From Clostridia bacterium (GTDB lineage: Bacteria > Bacillota > Clostridia > Oscillospirales > QAKW01): a stretch of DNA of 64,000 bases. Under the pieces are notes generated by a model that had not been told where the DNA came from, made no database searches, and saw only the letters and a program-made list of their open reading frames with translations. The position numbers were made by a program, and so were the translations under genes. Below, one piece after another: positions 8,689 through 18,643 of this stretch (position 1 is its first letter; each line of letters starts with the position of its first letter). The stretch spans positions 8,718 through 72,717 of the forward strand of contig JAFZEA010000023.1 in assembly GCA_017560905.1 (NCBI GenBank). The letters run 5' to 3'.

Positions 8689-10164
8689 TTACTCTTCGGT
8701 CGAGGAGGTGTCGGCCTCAACTTCGATCTTCTCAACAACTTCGTTGTAAGCGGTGTACTGCTCGACAACGGCATTAATGTTGTCCTGATAATCAGCATCG
8801 TTGCGGTAGAGGTCGATCAGGCAGTTGACATAGTAACCGTAGTTGAATTCTTGTTCGTTGGCAAGGCGGGCCATTTTTTGACGGTAGTAGTTGATCATCA
8901 ACTCGGGATAAACCAGATAATTCTCGGAAGAGGACTGGCTGGAGTTATCGGCATAGCTGATAGAACTGGTGTTACCGTACAACTTATCCAAAGACTTGGT
9001 GTAGTAAATGACTTCCTTTTTGATTTCGTTCTTCAGGGCACCTGCCAGGGTGGCATAGTTAGCTGCATTATGTCTGGCCAGATAGTTACCGCAGGACAGG
9101 TATGCATTAAAGTAAGCGGAGTACTGTACGTAGGCAACGTCGCTGTACTGAGAGCATACGATGTAAGCGATCATATCAGCTTGTGTATCGGATTGGAAGC
9201 CTCTCTGCTTGGCGATCGCTTTGGCGATCAGCATAGGTGTGGCAACCTTGGGGAAATAGGGATTGATCAAAGCCTCACCGGTCAAGGGGGAGTAAATGCT
9301 GCCGATGTTCAAGGCATTGTAGATGGGACCGGCCAACAGCTCCTTGGCTGTGATCTCGGAACCTGCCAATGCGGGAATGTCCTCTGCAGCTCTCTTGAAA
9401 GCTTCGTTTACAGCGGCGGAGATCTTGGCGGTGGAACTGCCGGAAACATTGGGCTTGGAAGCACCGGTGTTACCGTTGTAGACAATGGTCTGATCGGCTG
9501 CGGCATCCTCGATAACGGTGGTGTTGAGCTTGTCAATGAAGTACAGCAAAGCTTCACTCAGTTGTGCTTCATAACTCTTGGTATTGGTATACATCGGCTG
9601 ACCGTTGATCTCAGCGGTTGCATTGTGGAAAGCGGTGCGGTTGCCGATAATGCCGTAGCCGAAGCTGAACAGCATAGCGATGACCATCAAAACAGCCAGT
9701 GTGGAATAACCGAACTGGATCCACAAACGGGTAGCAAGCAGCTTGCCGTTTTTATGAGTCTGGATAAATCTGACAATAATGAATACCAGATAACCCAGCC
9801 AACCCAACGCAGTCAGAATGACCACGATCTCCATAACGGAGAAGGGAAGGAAATTGTTGATGGCAGCCAATACACCGGTAAATCCTTTGTAGAAACCGCT
9901 CAGCGCATCGGAAAATCCGGGGATGAGTGCGGCAAGCAACCAAAAGATTGTGGAAATCAGGCCGATACCGATGATCGAAAACTTGATGATGGTATTGACA
10001 GTGGGAGTCAGCAACAAGAATTTTGCTTTTTCCTTACCTGTCAGAGTACCCTCCTCGTAATCGAGGATTTCCTGATCTGTAAATTCCAATAAAGCGTTCT
10101 GCTCTGCGACGTCAGCAGAGGCAGCTTCCATAACAGTGGAAGTACCTTTCATCTCTTCGCTCAT
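8689..10164 (-). CDS. polytopic membrane protein of unknown function (possibly DUF3810-like)
   Basis: 491 aa. Acidic N-terminus, about 4 TM helices, then a large extracytoplasmic domain. A -35/-10 pair (ttgcac-17-taaaat) and aaggagg lie upstream on the minus strand. Confidence 0.6.
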   Translation of the reverse strand: MSEEMKGTSTVMEAASADVAEQNALLEFTDQEILDYEEGTLTGKEKAKFLLLTPTVNTIIKFSIIGIGLISTIFWLLAALIPGFSDALSGFYKGFTGVLAAINNFLPFSVMEIVVILTALGWLGYLVFIIVRFIQTHKNGKLLATRLWIQFGYSTLAVLMVIAMLFSFGYGIIGNRTAFHNATAEINGQPMYTNTKSYEAQLSEALLYFIDKLNTTVIEDAAADQTIVYNGNTGASKPNVSGSSTAKISAAVNEAFKRAAEDIPALAGSEITAKELLAGPIYNALNIGSIYSPLTGEALINPYFPKVATPMLIAKAIAKQRGFQSDTQADMIAYIVCSQYSDVAYVQYSAYFNAYLSCGNYLARHNAANYATLAGALKNEIKKEVIYYTKSLDKLYGNTSSISYADNSSQSSSENYLVYPELMINYYRQKMARLANEQEFNYGYYVNCLIDLYRNDADYQDNINAVVEQYTAYNEVVEKIEVEADTSSTEE

Positions 10165-10271
10165 TGAAAGTCCTCCTTATAACCCTTAATATAATTATTT
10201 TATACTATTACTCTTAAAAGTGCAAGAGTAAATTGGTAATTTCTATATTTTTTATATAAAATAACTAAAAA

Positions 10272-11120
10272 TTAACCGTTGACCTTAAACAGTACGCCGA
10301 GAGTACCCTGTCCGCAATGGCTGTTTATGGTGCTTCCTGCCTTAGTTTCGTAGATATTTTCGAAAATTGCGGCGGATTCTACCTCTGCACGTACGGCGGC
10401 AACGATGGCTTCGTCACAGTTGGCATGTGTGATAAATACGTTTTTGGGGTTAATGTTTTCGGTGCTCAGAACCTCACGGACGTATTTGATAATGACGGTA
10501 GCCATGGGACCGCGGTATTTGGTACCCACACCCATTTTGCCGTCTTTGACGTCAATGCGGGGATGCAGTTTGAGCATATTGGCGCCCAGTGCCGCAACGG
10601 TACTGCAGCGGCCGCCCATGCGCAGGTAATCCAATACATCCACTACGAAACTGGCACGCACGTTGGGAATAGCGTTCTCGATCTCTTCGAGGATTGCGGA
10701 AATCTCTTTGCCTGCAGCGATGCTGTCGACGGTATCCAGAATCAACAGTGAGATACCGGTGGACAGATTGCGGGAATCAATGACGTGAATATGTTCGCCC
10801 ACTTCGCTTGCGGCAATGCAGGCATTCTGGTAAGACGAGGACATATCACTGCTGATGGTAAAATGGATTACCTCACTGCCGTCGGCAGATAATTTGGTGA
10901 AGAAATCAAGATAATCGGCAAAGGAACGGGCGGCTGTTTTGGGCAGCTGCTTGTTGGCAGCAACGTAGGAATAGATGTCAGTGGGGTGGATGTCCACGCC
11001 GTCCTGATAATACGTTTCGCCCAGACCGACCAGCAAAGGCATAATGTTAATGTTCAGCTTTTGGATCAGCTCGGGGCTGAGATCGCAAACGCTGTCAGCT
11101 GAAAGAACGATTTTACTCAT
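10272..11120 (-). CDS. DegV family fatty-acid-binding protein
   Basis: The typical DegV N-terminus (I.LSADSVCDL) and a length of 282 aa. Confidence 0.85.
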   Translation of the reverse strand: MSKIVLSADSVCDLSPELIQKLNINIMPLLVGLGETYYQDGVDIHPTDIYSYVAANKQLPKTAARSFADYLDFFTKLSADGSEVIHFTISSDMSSSYQNACIAASEVGEHIHVIDSRNLSTGISLLILDTVDSIAAGKEISAILEEIENAIPNVRASFVVDVLDYLRMGGRCSTVAALGANMLKLHPRIDVKDGKMGVGTKYRGPMATVIIKYVREVLSTENINPKNVFITHANCDEAIVAAVRAEVESAAIFENIYETKAGSTINSHCGQGTLGVLFKVNG

Positions 11121-11274
11121 AGTCAGATACTCCTTCTTTTTAACTTACTATTAATAATATGTTTTTTTGCGGCGATTGTCAATCAAATTATTTTTTTAGG
11201 CAAGGAAGTGACATTTTTTTTCGGGTGGAGCGCGTAAGATAGTATGTAGTATTGGCGAAAAGGCGTGAAACGAT

Positions 11275-12141
11275 TTGACCATATATGTAGATCTGCTGTT
11301 CATTGTCAACTGGGTGCTTAATTCTTTGGTGCTGGCGGCCGCAGCGGCGTTGGCAAGAGAAAAACTGCACCGCTTGCGCTTGCTGACGGCGGCGGCACTG
11401 GGCGCACTGTACAGTGTAATGATGTTTTTTCCCGAAACCGAGTTTTTGTACCGTGCCGTCATCCGTCTGGTGACGGGAGCGGTGATGGTACTCATCGGGT
11501 TGCCCACCCCCTCGTTGCGACGGTTTTTGAGAGCGCTTCTTTGTTTTTACATATCTTTGGGTGTATTCGGCGGCGGAATGTATATTTTCTATAATTTTAC
11601 GGCGGCGGGTGCCAATATGGTGTATTCCAACGGCGTATATTATGTGGATCTGCCGCTGTGGATGTTGTTGGTGCTCAGCTTTGGGTTTTACGGTGTGATA
11701 CGGCTTACTGCATTTGTGCAGTACCGCCGCCGTCCGACGGAGGGGCTGGTCGAGGTGGAGATTTGCTGCAGAGGACAGTACAGAACACTGACCGCTTTTC
11801 TGGATACGGGAAATTCTCTGGTGGATCCTATGACTCTGTCTCCCGTGGTGGTGGCAGAGGCTGCGGCACTGAAGGGAATGTTGCCTGCCGAATTACTGTC
11901 GGCTGTGCGGGAGGGGCGTCCTGAGCTGTTGGCGGAGCTGTCGGCTCAACATTCGGGGCTTAAATGTCGGTTGATTCCTTACAAGGGCGCCGTGGGCGAG
12001 AGTTGTCTTTTGTTTGCCGTTCGCCCCGATTGGATCCGCCGTCTGCCCGACGGGGCGCCAGTGGAAAATGTTCTTTTGGGGTTGACAGGGCATAAACTGT
12101 CGGAAGAATATCAGGTGCTGTTGCACGGAGAAGGTTTGTAG
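11275..12141 (+). CDS. spoIIGA: sigma-E processing aspartic peptidase SpoIIGA
   Basis: N-terminus [14 protein letters not shown], five TM segments and the LDTGNSL active-site motif. It lies directly upstream of sigE. The TTG start is uncertain. Confidence 0.85.
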   Translation: MTIYVDLLFIVNWVLNSLVLAAAAALAREKLHRLRLLTAAALGALYSVMMFFPETEFLYRAVIRLVTGAVMVLIGLPTPSLRRFLRALLCFYISLGVFGGGMYIFYNFTAAGANMVYSNGVYYVDLPLWMLLVLSFGFYGVIRLTAFVQYRRRPTEGLVEVEICCRGQYRTLTAFLDTGNSLVDPMTLSPVVVAEAAALKGMLPAELLSAVREGRPELLAELSAQHSGLKCRLIPYKGAVGESCLLFAVRPDWIRRLPDGAPVENVLLGLTGHKLSEEYQVLLHGEGL

Positions 12142-12155
12142 AGAGGAGATATGAT

Positions 12156-12845
12156 ATGTTCGTATGGCTTTATAATCTATTGATGCGCCTGAGCGGCAGA
12201 CTGTTTTATCTGGGAGGGTATGTAACCTTGCCGCCGCCGCTGTCGACCCAGCAGGAAGAAAAGTATATCCGACTTTTGTCCGAGGGGGACGAGGCGGCAG
12301 GACAAAAACTCATTGAACACAATTTGCGACTTGTGGTGTTCATCGCGCGCCGATTTGACAACACAGGCGTGATGACGGAAGATCTTATCAGTATCGGCAG
12401 TATTGGACTTATCAAGGCTATCCGTACTTTTAAAGCAGATAAGAATATCAAACTGGCCACTTATGCTTCCCGCTGTATTGAGAATGAAATATTGATGTTT
12501 CTGCGCAAGAACAACGCTACCCGCGCAGAGGTGTCCATAGATGAACCGCTTCACGTGGATTGGGATGGAAACGAATTGCTTCTCAGTGATATTCTGGGAA
12601 CGGAAAATGACAGTGTGGGCAAGGATATTGAGAGCTTCGAAGAAAAAAGGATGTTACATATGGCACTGAAGTGCCTTGAAGATCGGGAACGGCATATTAT
12701 GGAAATGCGCTTTGGTCTTCGGGGTGGCAGGGAAATGACTCAAAAGGAAGTGGCGGATATGTTGGGAATCTCTCAGTCCTATATATCTCGTCTGGAAAAG
12801 AAGATCATTAAGCGCCTCAAGCGTGAGATAGAACGCATCAGTTAA
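12156..12845 (+). CDS. sigE: sporulation sigma factor SigE (pro-sigma-E)
   Basis: Pro-sequence followed by YLGG..LPPPLS, then [16 protein letters not shown] and GLIKAI.TF. The C-terminal HTH is [13 protein letters not shown]. Confidence 0.95.
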   Translation: MFVWLYNLLMRLSGRLFYLGGYVTLPPPLSTQQEEKYIRLLSEGDEAAGQKLIEHNLRLVVFIARRFDNTGVMTEDLISIGSIGLIKAIRTFKADKNIKLATYASRCIENEILMFLRKNNATRAEVSIDEPLHVDWDGNELLLSDILGTENDSVGKDIESFEEKRMLHMALKCLEDRERHIMEMRFGLRGGREMTQKEVADMLGISQSYISRLEKKIIKRLKREIERIS

Positions 12846-12859
12846 ACTGTATATGGCAT

Positions 12860-12891
12860 CCCCTTTTCGTCAAAACTAATGGCGAAAGGGG
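12860..12891 (+). promoter_or_regulatory. Hairpin between sigE and sigG whose 3' arm contains the sigG ribosome-binding site
   Basis: ccccttttcg (12860-12869) pairs with cgaaagggg (12883-12891) with one bulged T, followed by tgttttc. The AAAGGGG doubles as the SD for ATG 12903. Confidence 0.6.
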
Positions 12892-12902
12892 TGTTTTCAT
12901 AT

Positions 12903-13670
12903 ATGCGTAAGGTGGAGATCAGCGGTATCAATACCGCAGAGCTTCCGGTTCTGAGTGAAAAGGAAAAAAATGAATTGCTGCATCGAATTAAAGCGGGGGA
13001 TAAAAAGGCGGAGGAGGTTTTTATCCGCGGTAATCTGCGACTGGTGCTGAGCGTATTACAGAGATTCAGGGGACGGGATGAAAATCCGGATGATCTGTTT
13101 CAGGTGGGGTGCGTGGGGCTTATCAAAAGCATCCGCAATTTTGATCTGAGTTTGGGACTGCGCTTTTCGACCTATGCGGTACCTATGATCTTGGGAGAAA
13201 TCCGTCGCTATCTCAGAGATAACAATATGGTACGTGTGTCACGTTCAGTGCGGGATACAGCGTATAGAGCGCTGGCGGTCAAGGAAAAACTGACGGGAGA
13301 ACTTGGCCGTGAGCCGACGGTGGAGGAGATTTCTAAGAGACTTGAGTACGACAAGGAAGAGGTGGCGGCGGCTCTGGATGCCATTGTAGATCCGGTGAGC
13401 TTGTTTGAGCCGGTGTATGCGGAGGGTAGCGATACAATTTACGTGATGGATCAGGTAAGAGATACCAAAAACAGCGATGACAACTGGATGGAGGAAATAC
13501 TGATCAAAGAGTCTATTTCCAAATTGCCGCCCAGAGAAAAACAGATCATAGCTCTGCGCTTTCTGGAGGGGAAAACGCAGATGGAGGTGGCAAAGGAGAT
13601 CGGTATTTCTCAGGCGCAGGTTTCTCGTCTGGAAAAAGGGGCGCTCGGCAGGATAAAAGGGGCATTATAA
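12903..13670 (+). CDS. sigG: sporulation sigma factor SigG
   Basis: VEISGINT..LPVL, FIRGNLRLVLSVLQRF, GLIKSIRNFD and GISQAQVSRLEK motifs. ATG 12903 is preferred over ATG 12879, which lies inside the hairpin. Confidence 0.92.
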   Translation: MRKVEISGINTAELPVLSEKEKNELLHRIKAGDKKAEEVFIRGNLRLVLSVLQRFRGRDENPDDLFQVGCVGLIKSIRNFDLSLGLRFSTYAVPMILGEIRRYLRDNNMVRVSRSVRDTAYRALAVKEKLTGELGREPTVEEISKRLEYDKEEVAAALDAIVDPVSLFEPVYAEGSDTIYVMDQVRDTKNSDDNWMEEILIKESISKLPPREKQIIALRFLEGKTQMEVAKEIGISQAQVSRLEKGALGRIKGAL

Positions 13671-13674
13671 AGAG

Positions 13675-13714
13675 AAAAGCAGTGTAAAGAAGAAGTTCTT
13701 TACACTGCTTTTAA
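13675..13714. terminator. Bidirectional terminator (sigG / rsmI)
   Basis: A 15-bp stem, aagcagtgtaaagaa (13677-13691) / ttctttacactgctt (13696-13710), flanked by an A-run and a T-run. Confidence 0.85.
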
Positions 13715-13745
13715 AATTTACGCAAAGCCTTGTGCGGCAATGGGT

Positions 13746-14585
13746 TTATTCTTTTGATTCAACGGAAATCTTATAGATTTCGTTTTTGGGAACACCGCGA
13801 TCCTTGGCAACCGCTTTCACGGCATCCATGTTGGAAAAGCCCAGTGTTTTATAGTGCTCAATGTGCTGCGGAACGCTCCAACTGTCCCAAAAATTATCAC
13901 TTTGTACCTCTTTGGCACCGTCCACGATCACTACGTATTCGCCTCGGGGCGCCTGCGTTTCGTAATAGGCGATCATATCACCGATACTGCCGCGCAATAC
14001 CTCCTCGTGCATCTTGCTGAGCTCTCGTGTCAGAGCTATGCGACGGGCGGAACCGAAGGCCTTGGCAAAGTCGGTCAATGTGTTTTTGAGCTTTTGGGGC
14101 GATTCATAAAATATCATGGTGCGTTGTTCGTTTTTAAGTGACTCCAAATGCTCGTTTCGACTTTTTTTGGCTGTGGAGAGAAAGCCCTCAAAACAAAAGC
14201 GACCTGTAGGCAATCCGCTTAAGATCAGACCGCTGACAAAGGCGCAGGGACCTGCCACTGCCGTTACACAATAGCCGTGTTCATAGAGTAATGCCACCAA
14301 GTCTTCGCCGGGGTCGCTGACAGCGGGCATACCTGCATCGGTGACAAGGGCTCCGATCTGACCTGCCTCGATTTTTTTGAGTATTTCTTCGCCGCGTTGC
14401 CGTTTGTTATGCTCAAAATAGCTGATCAGCGGTTTTTTGATGCCCATAAAGTTGAGCAATTTGAGAGTGTTGCGTGTATCCTCGGCGGCGATGAAATCCA
14501 CTTTTTTCAGTGTTTCCCGCACGCGGGGAGATATGTCGGACAGATTACCGATGGGGGTGCCCACCAGATAGAGTACAGGTTGCAT
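13746..14585 (-). CDS. rsmI: 16S rRNA (cytidine1402-2'-O)-methyltransferase
   Basis: LYLVGTPIGNLSDIS N-terminus and tetrapyrrole-methylase-like fold motifs. Confidence 0.9.
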   Translation of the reverse strand: MQPVLYLVGTPIGNLSDISPRVRETLKKVDFIAAEDTRNTLKLLNFMGIKKPLISYFEHNKRQRGEEILKKIEAGQIGALVTDAGMPAVSDPGEDLVALLYEHGYCVTAVAGPCAFVSGLILSGLPTGRFCFEGFLSTAKKSRNEHLESLKNEQRTMIFYESPQKLKNTLTDFAKAFGSARRIALTRELSKMHEEVLRGSIGDMIAYYETQAPRGEYVVIVDGAKEVQSDNFWDSWSVPQHIEHYKTLGFSNMDAVKAVAKDRGVPKNEIYKISVESKE

Positions 14586-14586
14586 A

Positions 14587-15303
14587 TTATTCTCCTTTGT
14601 AAATTGCTTGATAGGCGTCGGAATGACTGCCGTCGGGCTTCTGGAGCGTAAAGGTATTCGCCTTGCAAGACAGCTGTTCGTTTGTTTTGACAGCGCGCAG
14701 TAAAAATAACTCGGTAGGGGTTCCGGGCGTAGAAAAAACTGTGGTGATCTCTACGGCGCATAACCCATATTTCTTAATTTTTCTCAGGATTTCGTTCTGC
14801 CTCGATCTGCGATGTACCATACAAAAAGTACCGCCTTCTCGCAACAGATATACAGCCGCCTCCAAGACGTCGTCTATCGTGCATTCCAGCTCGTGCCGAG
14901 CTATGGCGATGGGCAGTTTGGATGGTAGTAATCCGCTGCCTTTTTTGAAATACGGGGGATTGACGGTGACGGTATCCGTTTGTCCATCGGATAAGATATC
15001 TTTAATTTTGCGCACGTCTCCGCAGCAGACGGTTATTTGCTCGGAAACACCGTTGATCGCTGCGCTTTTTCGACAAAGGCGACAGCCCTCAGCTTGCAAT
15101 TCCAGTGTGGTGATGCGCTCGCATTTGCCGCCTGCCAACAACAGCATGGCCACCGCTCCGTTACCGCTGCACAGATCCACAGTGCGACCGGCGGGTGAGG
15201 GGGTAATATGGTACAAAAGAACGGCATCTGTGCCGAAACGAAACAGGTTTCCTTGCTGACAGAGCTTAAAACCGCCCAAGATCAGATCGTCTGTTTGTTC
15301 CAT
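14587..15303 (-). CDS. SAM-dependent methyltransferase, YabB/TrmN6-like tRNA (adenine-N6)-methyltransferase
   Basis: The DLCSGNG SAM motif and VNPPYF (NPPY). Its position upstream of rsmI matches B. subtilis yabB-yabC. Confidence 0.8.
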   Translation of the reverse strand: MEQTDDLILGGFKLCQQGNLFRFGTDAVLLYHITPSPAGRTVDLCSGNGAVAMLLLAGGKCERITTLELQAEGCRLCRKSAAINGVSEQITVCCGDVRKIKDILSDGQTDTVTVNPPYFKKGSGLLPSKLPIAIARHELECTIDDVLEAAVYLLREGGTFCMVHRRSRQNEILRKIKKYGLCAVEITTVFSTPGTPTELFLLRAVKTNEQLSCKANTFTLQKPDGSHSDAYQAIYKGE

Positions 15304-15454
15304 ATCGCACCTCCTTTGTTTCAGTTTATCTATTGTAGCACAAACCGTCGTGTTTTGTCAAAAAAGTCAGTTGTCAAACTGTACAAAAATGTCATTATAA
15401 TTTTGTTGACATCTCACATTTATCGTATTTTTTAGAAATTCACGCAGTTTGTTA

Positions 15455-15483
15455 TTGACGAAAGTGACTATTAGTATTATAAT
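15455..15483 (+). promoter_or_regulatory. sigma-A-type promoter for the SLH protein gene
   Basis: TTGACG (15455-15460), a 17-nt spacer, then TATAAT (15478-15483). Confidence 0.6.
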
Positions 15484-15513
15484 ATTTATAACTGTATAAA
15501 GGAGGACTATCAG

Positions 15514-17532
15514 ATGAAACTTTGGAGAAGTTTACTGTCGATGGCACTCGCGGTACTGATGGTTGCCACTATGTCTGTTGGGGCATTCGCCGCCTACAAC
15601 GACGTTCCGGAAGGCAACGCATATCTCGAGTACATCAAAATAGTGGACAGTCTTGGACTGATCCCTGCTAACAACGTGGGTGACTTTAACCCCCGCGGTT
15701 ACTACACCCGTGGTGAGGCATTGATCACCGCTTACCGTATGATCAACGGCGGAGATGAGGGCCTTGAAAATTACACGGGCGCCTCCGGTGTGTTTGATGA
15801 TGTGGATAGTGAGCATCCCATTATGCCCTATGTCAACTGGGCGTATGACAATGGCCTGATCACCAACGAAATGGAAGAGAAGAATTTCCTTCCTGCCGAT
15901 CCCATCAGCGGTGCTGAATTTCTGACCCTGTTCTGCAAGGTTGGTAATATCAATCCCGCAGACCTTGCTTCTTCCGGCGACGGTGAGGAAGGCGGCGACG
16001 ATGAGATGACCGATGAGGAAGGCGAGAGCGGCGGCGACGGCGAAGGCACCACCACCGGTGATCTGGTTTATCCCGATTCTTATATTGAAGCTGCCTACGA
16101 CTGGGCGGGCGATATATATGGTGATGAAGCTACCATCACCCGTGAAATGGCCGCTATGGCGATTGCACAGCTGCTCTGGTATCAGGACAGCGAAACCTTG
16201 ATCGATCTGACTACTCTGGAGGACGATATGGGTAACCGTCTGGATTGCTTTGCTACCAAAGTATACGGTCTTAACAAGGTTACTTTGAATATCCGTGCTA
16301 CCGCTAATCGTACCATGGGTTATGAATTTGATGGCGACGTGTTGCTGAGCAACGGTTCTATTCTCACTACCGAAGAGGATCTTTCCAAGTATATCGGACA
16401 TCCTGTGGTGGTCACCTTCTGCGATATGGACAATTCCGGTACTCTGACCGAGGATGAAGAGATCATCGATTACGTTGTAAACTCTATGATGATTCTCACC
16501 CCCGATCTATCTGAGATCACACTGACCAGTTATGCTGAGTTTAAGGTCATCAGCGTCGGTCTTGCTTTCTATATTACTAATGCTACCAGATTCTTCTACA
16601 ACGATCAGATCTGGAATGAGGATCCGCTGAACAATCTGATCACCATTGCCGGCGGTGTCAGCGCTACTATGACCATTACCGACCGGCCCAATATGAGCTT
16701 TACGGTTGTTCCCTCTGAAATATTTGATCCCGAAGGCTCCAACAACATGGCGCTGGAGGTCTTTGTTGAAGAGCATCGTCCTGCTAAGATCATTGACATC
16801 ACCGACGGTGTGTATACTCTCTACGACTATTATGCAAGAGGCACTGCGGAAGAGTACATTAAGTTTGATACCGACAATATCGTATTCGAGGCTTCCTCCT
16901 GCAACGTAGGTGATTACATCAACTACTACACCTCTGCTTCTACCTGCCATATGCTGGAGGGAAGCGCACTGAAAACCGCTATTAAAGCTGTAGGAGATGA
17001 CAATACGCTGATTCTCGAGGACGGCACCGTTCTGATCCCCCATCAGCTGTATCAGCGCTCCACCACCATTCCCACAGTCGGCAAAGAAATGATCATCATT
17101 ACCGAAGATGTTACCGGTACATATTATCTCGGTTGGGAATATCCCACCACAATGGAGCAGACTTCGGCTTTGATCATCAGCCTGACAGAAAATGTGGACA
17201 GCGTTACCTATGTTATTTATGATTGCGCTACCGCACAGCAGATGTCCATTGAAGTTCCGATGGATAACATATTTACCAATTCCCGTATTGAAGCGGGCGA
17301 GTTCATCTACTACAGCAAGGATTCTGCCGAGGATTATGTTGTAGAGCGTGCCAACATTTCCGATGTTGTCAAGCTGGGTGTTGAAACCGACAGTTACTTT
17401 GTTGAGTCCTCTACCGGTAATATTTACAACAAGAGTAAGTACTATTATGGTAATCTCTATACCGATACGTTTAAGGAAGATTATTACAAGATGATCCTGG
17501 ATGTCTCCGGCAACGTATTGGCCTTGATGTAA
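15514..17532 (+). CDS. secreted SLH-domain surface protein
   Basis: Signal peptide (MKLWRSLLSMALAVLMVATMSVGAFA), two SLH-like repeats (YNDVPEGNAYLEYI... and FDDVDSEHPIMPYVNWAYDNGLI...), an acidic G/D/E linker, and a large C-terminal domain of unknown function. Confidence 0.8.
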   Translation: MKLWRSLLSMALAVLMVATMSVGAFAAYNDVPEGNAYLEYIKIVDSLGLIPANNVGDFNPRGYYTRGEALITAYRMINGGDEGLENYTGASGVFDDVDSEHPIMPYVNWAYDNGLITNEMEEKNFLPADPISGAEFLTLFCKVGNINPADLASSGDGEEGGDDEMTDEEGESGGDGEGTTTGDLVYPDSYIEAAYDWAGDIYGDEATITREMAAMAIAQLLWYQDSETLIDLTTLEDDMGNRLDCFATKVYGLNKVTLNIRATANRTMGYEFDGDVLLSNGSILTTEEDLSKYIGHPVVVTFCDMDNSGTLTEDEEIIDYVVNSMMILTPDLSEITLTSYAEFKVISVGLAFYITNATRFFYNDQIWNEDPLNNLITIAGGVSATMTITDRPNMSFTVVPSEIFDPEGSNNMALEVFVEEHRPAKIIDITDGVYTLYDYYARGTAEEYIKFDTDNIVFEASSCNVGDYINYYTSASTCHMLEGSALKTAIKAVGDDNTLILEDGTVLIPHQLYQRSTTIPTVGKEMIIITEDVTGTYYLGWEYPTTMEQTSALIISLTENVDSVTYVIYDCATAQQMSIEVPMDNIFTNSRIEAGEFIYYSKDSAEDYVVERANISDVVKLGVETDSYFVESSTGNIYNKSKYYYGNLYTDTFKEDYYKMILDVSGNVLALM

Positions 17533-17560
17533 ACTTCTCCAAAACATCTTTTTATAAATT

Positions 17561-17632
17561 ATGCCCCACAAGTCGCAAGATTTGTGGGGCATTTAAAAAG
17601 CGTTCAATCACTTTGGTGCTGAACGCTTTTTT
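17561..17632. terminator. Two tandem hairpins forming a bidirectional terminator (SLH gene / dapF)
   Basis: atgccccacaa (17561-71) pairs with ttgtggggcat (17582-92). aaaagcgttca (17596-606) pairs with tgaacgctttt (17620-30). A/T runs flank both sides. Confidence 0.8.
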
Positions 17633-17644
17633 ATAATATGAAAA

Positions 17645-18454
17645 TTATATTTCAATGGTTCCCTCAAACACAAACTCTGCAGGGCCGGTCATCCACAGCG
17701 TTTCATTGGTGCGGCGGACTGTGAGTATGCCACCCGGAAGAAATACGGAAATATCTGTGTTTTCAGGGCAGAAGCCTTCATATACAGCGGCCGCTGCTGA
17801 TGCACAGGCGCCTGTACCGCAGGCCATGGTTTCGCCACTGCCACGCTCCCAGACACGCATACGGATCTCAGTGGGGGAGAGGAGCTCGGCAAATTCAACA
17901 TTGACACGGTCGGAGAAATGCTCAGTCTGATTTTCAATGACGGGTCCGTCCGTCCTTACGGGCATATTTTCTACGTCTTTACAAAAGATGACAAAATGCG
18001 GATTGCCCATACTGATGCGACGACCGGTATAAGTGTGGGCGTTGGCATCAACGGTGAGCGTCTCGCTGTCAATGACAGGAGCACTCATATCCACACTGAC
18101 GGTTTGTACTACGCCGTCTGTTATATTCAGCTTCAGATGCTTGATTCCTGAGGCGGTTTCTATGGCAAGCTCGGTTTTGTCTGTCAAACCTTTTGTATAT
18201 ACATATTTTCCGATACAGCGGATGGCGTTGCCGCACATAGAACCCTCGCTGCCATCGGCATTGAACATCCGCATACGAAAATCCGCCTGCGTTGAGGGCA
18301 AGATCAGTACCAGCCCGTTACTGCCCACCGATAGGTGCCGATGACTCAGTCGCTTGGCCAGTGCTCCCGGTTGTTCGGGTGCGCCTGCAAGGCAGTTGAG
18401 ATAGATATAATCGTTTCCAATGCCGTGCATTTTGGTGAATTTAAGTGTAGTCAT
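17645..18454 (-). CDS. dapF: diaminopimelate epimerase
   Basis: FTKMHGIGNDY plus both catalytic Cys motifs (MCGNAIRC and ACGTGA). Confidence 0.95.
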   Translation of the reverse strand: MTTLKFTKMHGIGNDYIYLNCLAGAPEQPGALAKRLSHRHLSVGSNGLVLILPSTQADFRMRMFNADGSEGSMCGNAIRCIGKYVYTKGLTDKTELAIETASGIKHLKLNITDGVVQTVSVDMSAPVIDSETLTVDANAHTYTGRRISMGNPHFVIFCKDVENMPVRTDGPVIENQTEHFSDRVNVEFAELLSPTEIRMRVWERGSGETMACGTGACASAAAAVYEGFCPENTDISVFLPGGILTVRRTNETLWMTGPAEFVFEGTIEI

Positions 18455-18566
18455 ATCTGAATTCTTTCCAATATATAATTATTTGTAAGTATATTATCTA
18501 TCTTTTTCTTCATAAAGTCAATCAAAATCTGTCACCTTAACAAAAATTGATGCTTGAATTAAAAAA

Positions 18567-18609
18567 TGTCGAAAAAACTGTTGATTTTTTTAAAAAATGG
18601 TATTATACT
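18567..18609 (+). promoter_or_regulatory. gdhA promoter with an upstream Spo0A-box-like heptamer
   Basis: TGTCGAA (18567-18573), 7 nt, TTGATT (18581-86), a 17-nt spacer, then TATACT (18604-09). Confidence 0.5.
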
Positions 18610-18643
18610 TTTTCCATATTTATATTATGAAGGAGTGTTCTTT

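Noticed and set aside
8683-10092. 469-aa ORF on the + strand
   Set aside because: It is entirely antisense to the better-supported 491-aa membrane protein gene (8689-10164). It has a low-complexity G/V/D-rich translation and no RBS. This is a typical shadow ORF.
11170-11245. spoIIGA promoter with a long-spacer architecture (GTGACA-21 nt-TAAGAT) and 0A-like boxes (TGTCAAT at 11177-83)
   Set aside because: This would be an attractive analogy to the B. subtilis spoIIG promoter. However, the hexamers and boxes are weak (5-6/7 matches) and several alternative alignments exist. It is not supportable without TSS data.
15960-16060. GGC/GAx-rich repetitive stretch
   Set aside because: It is simply the coding sequence of an acidic Gly/Asp/Glu linker in the SLH protein. 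It is not a DNA-level tandem repeat of regular period.
15532-17592. Antisense ORFs 15532-16401 and 16507-17592
   Set aside because: They lie opposite the SLH surface protein gene, which has a promoter, an RBS and a signal peptide.
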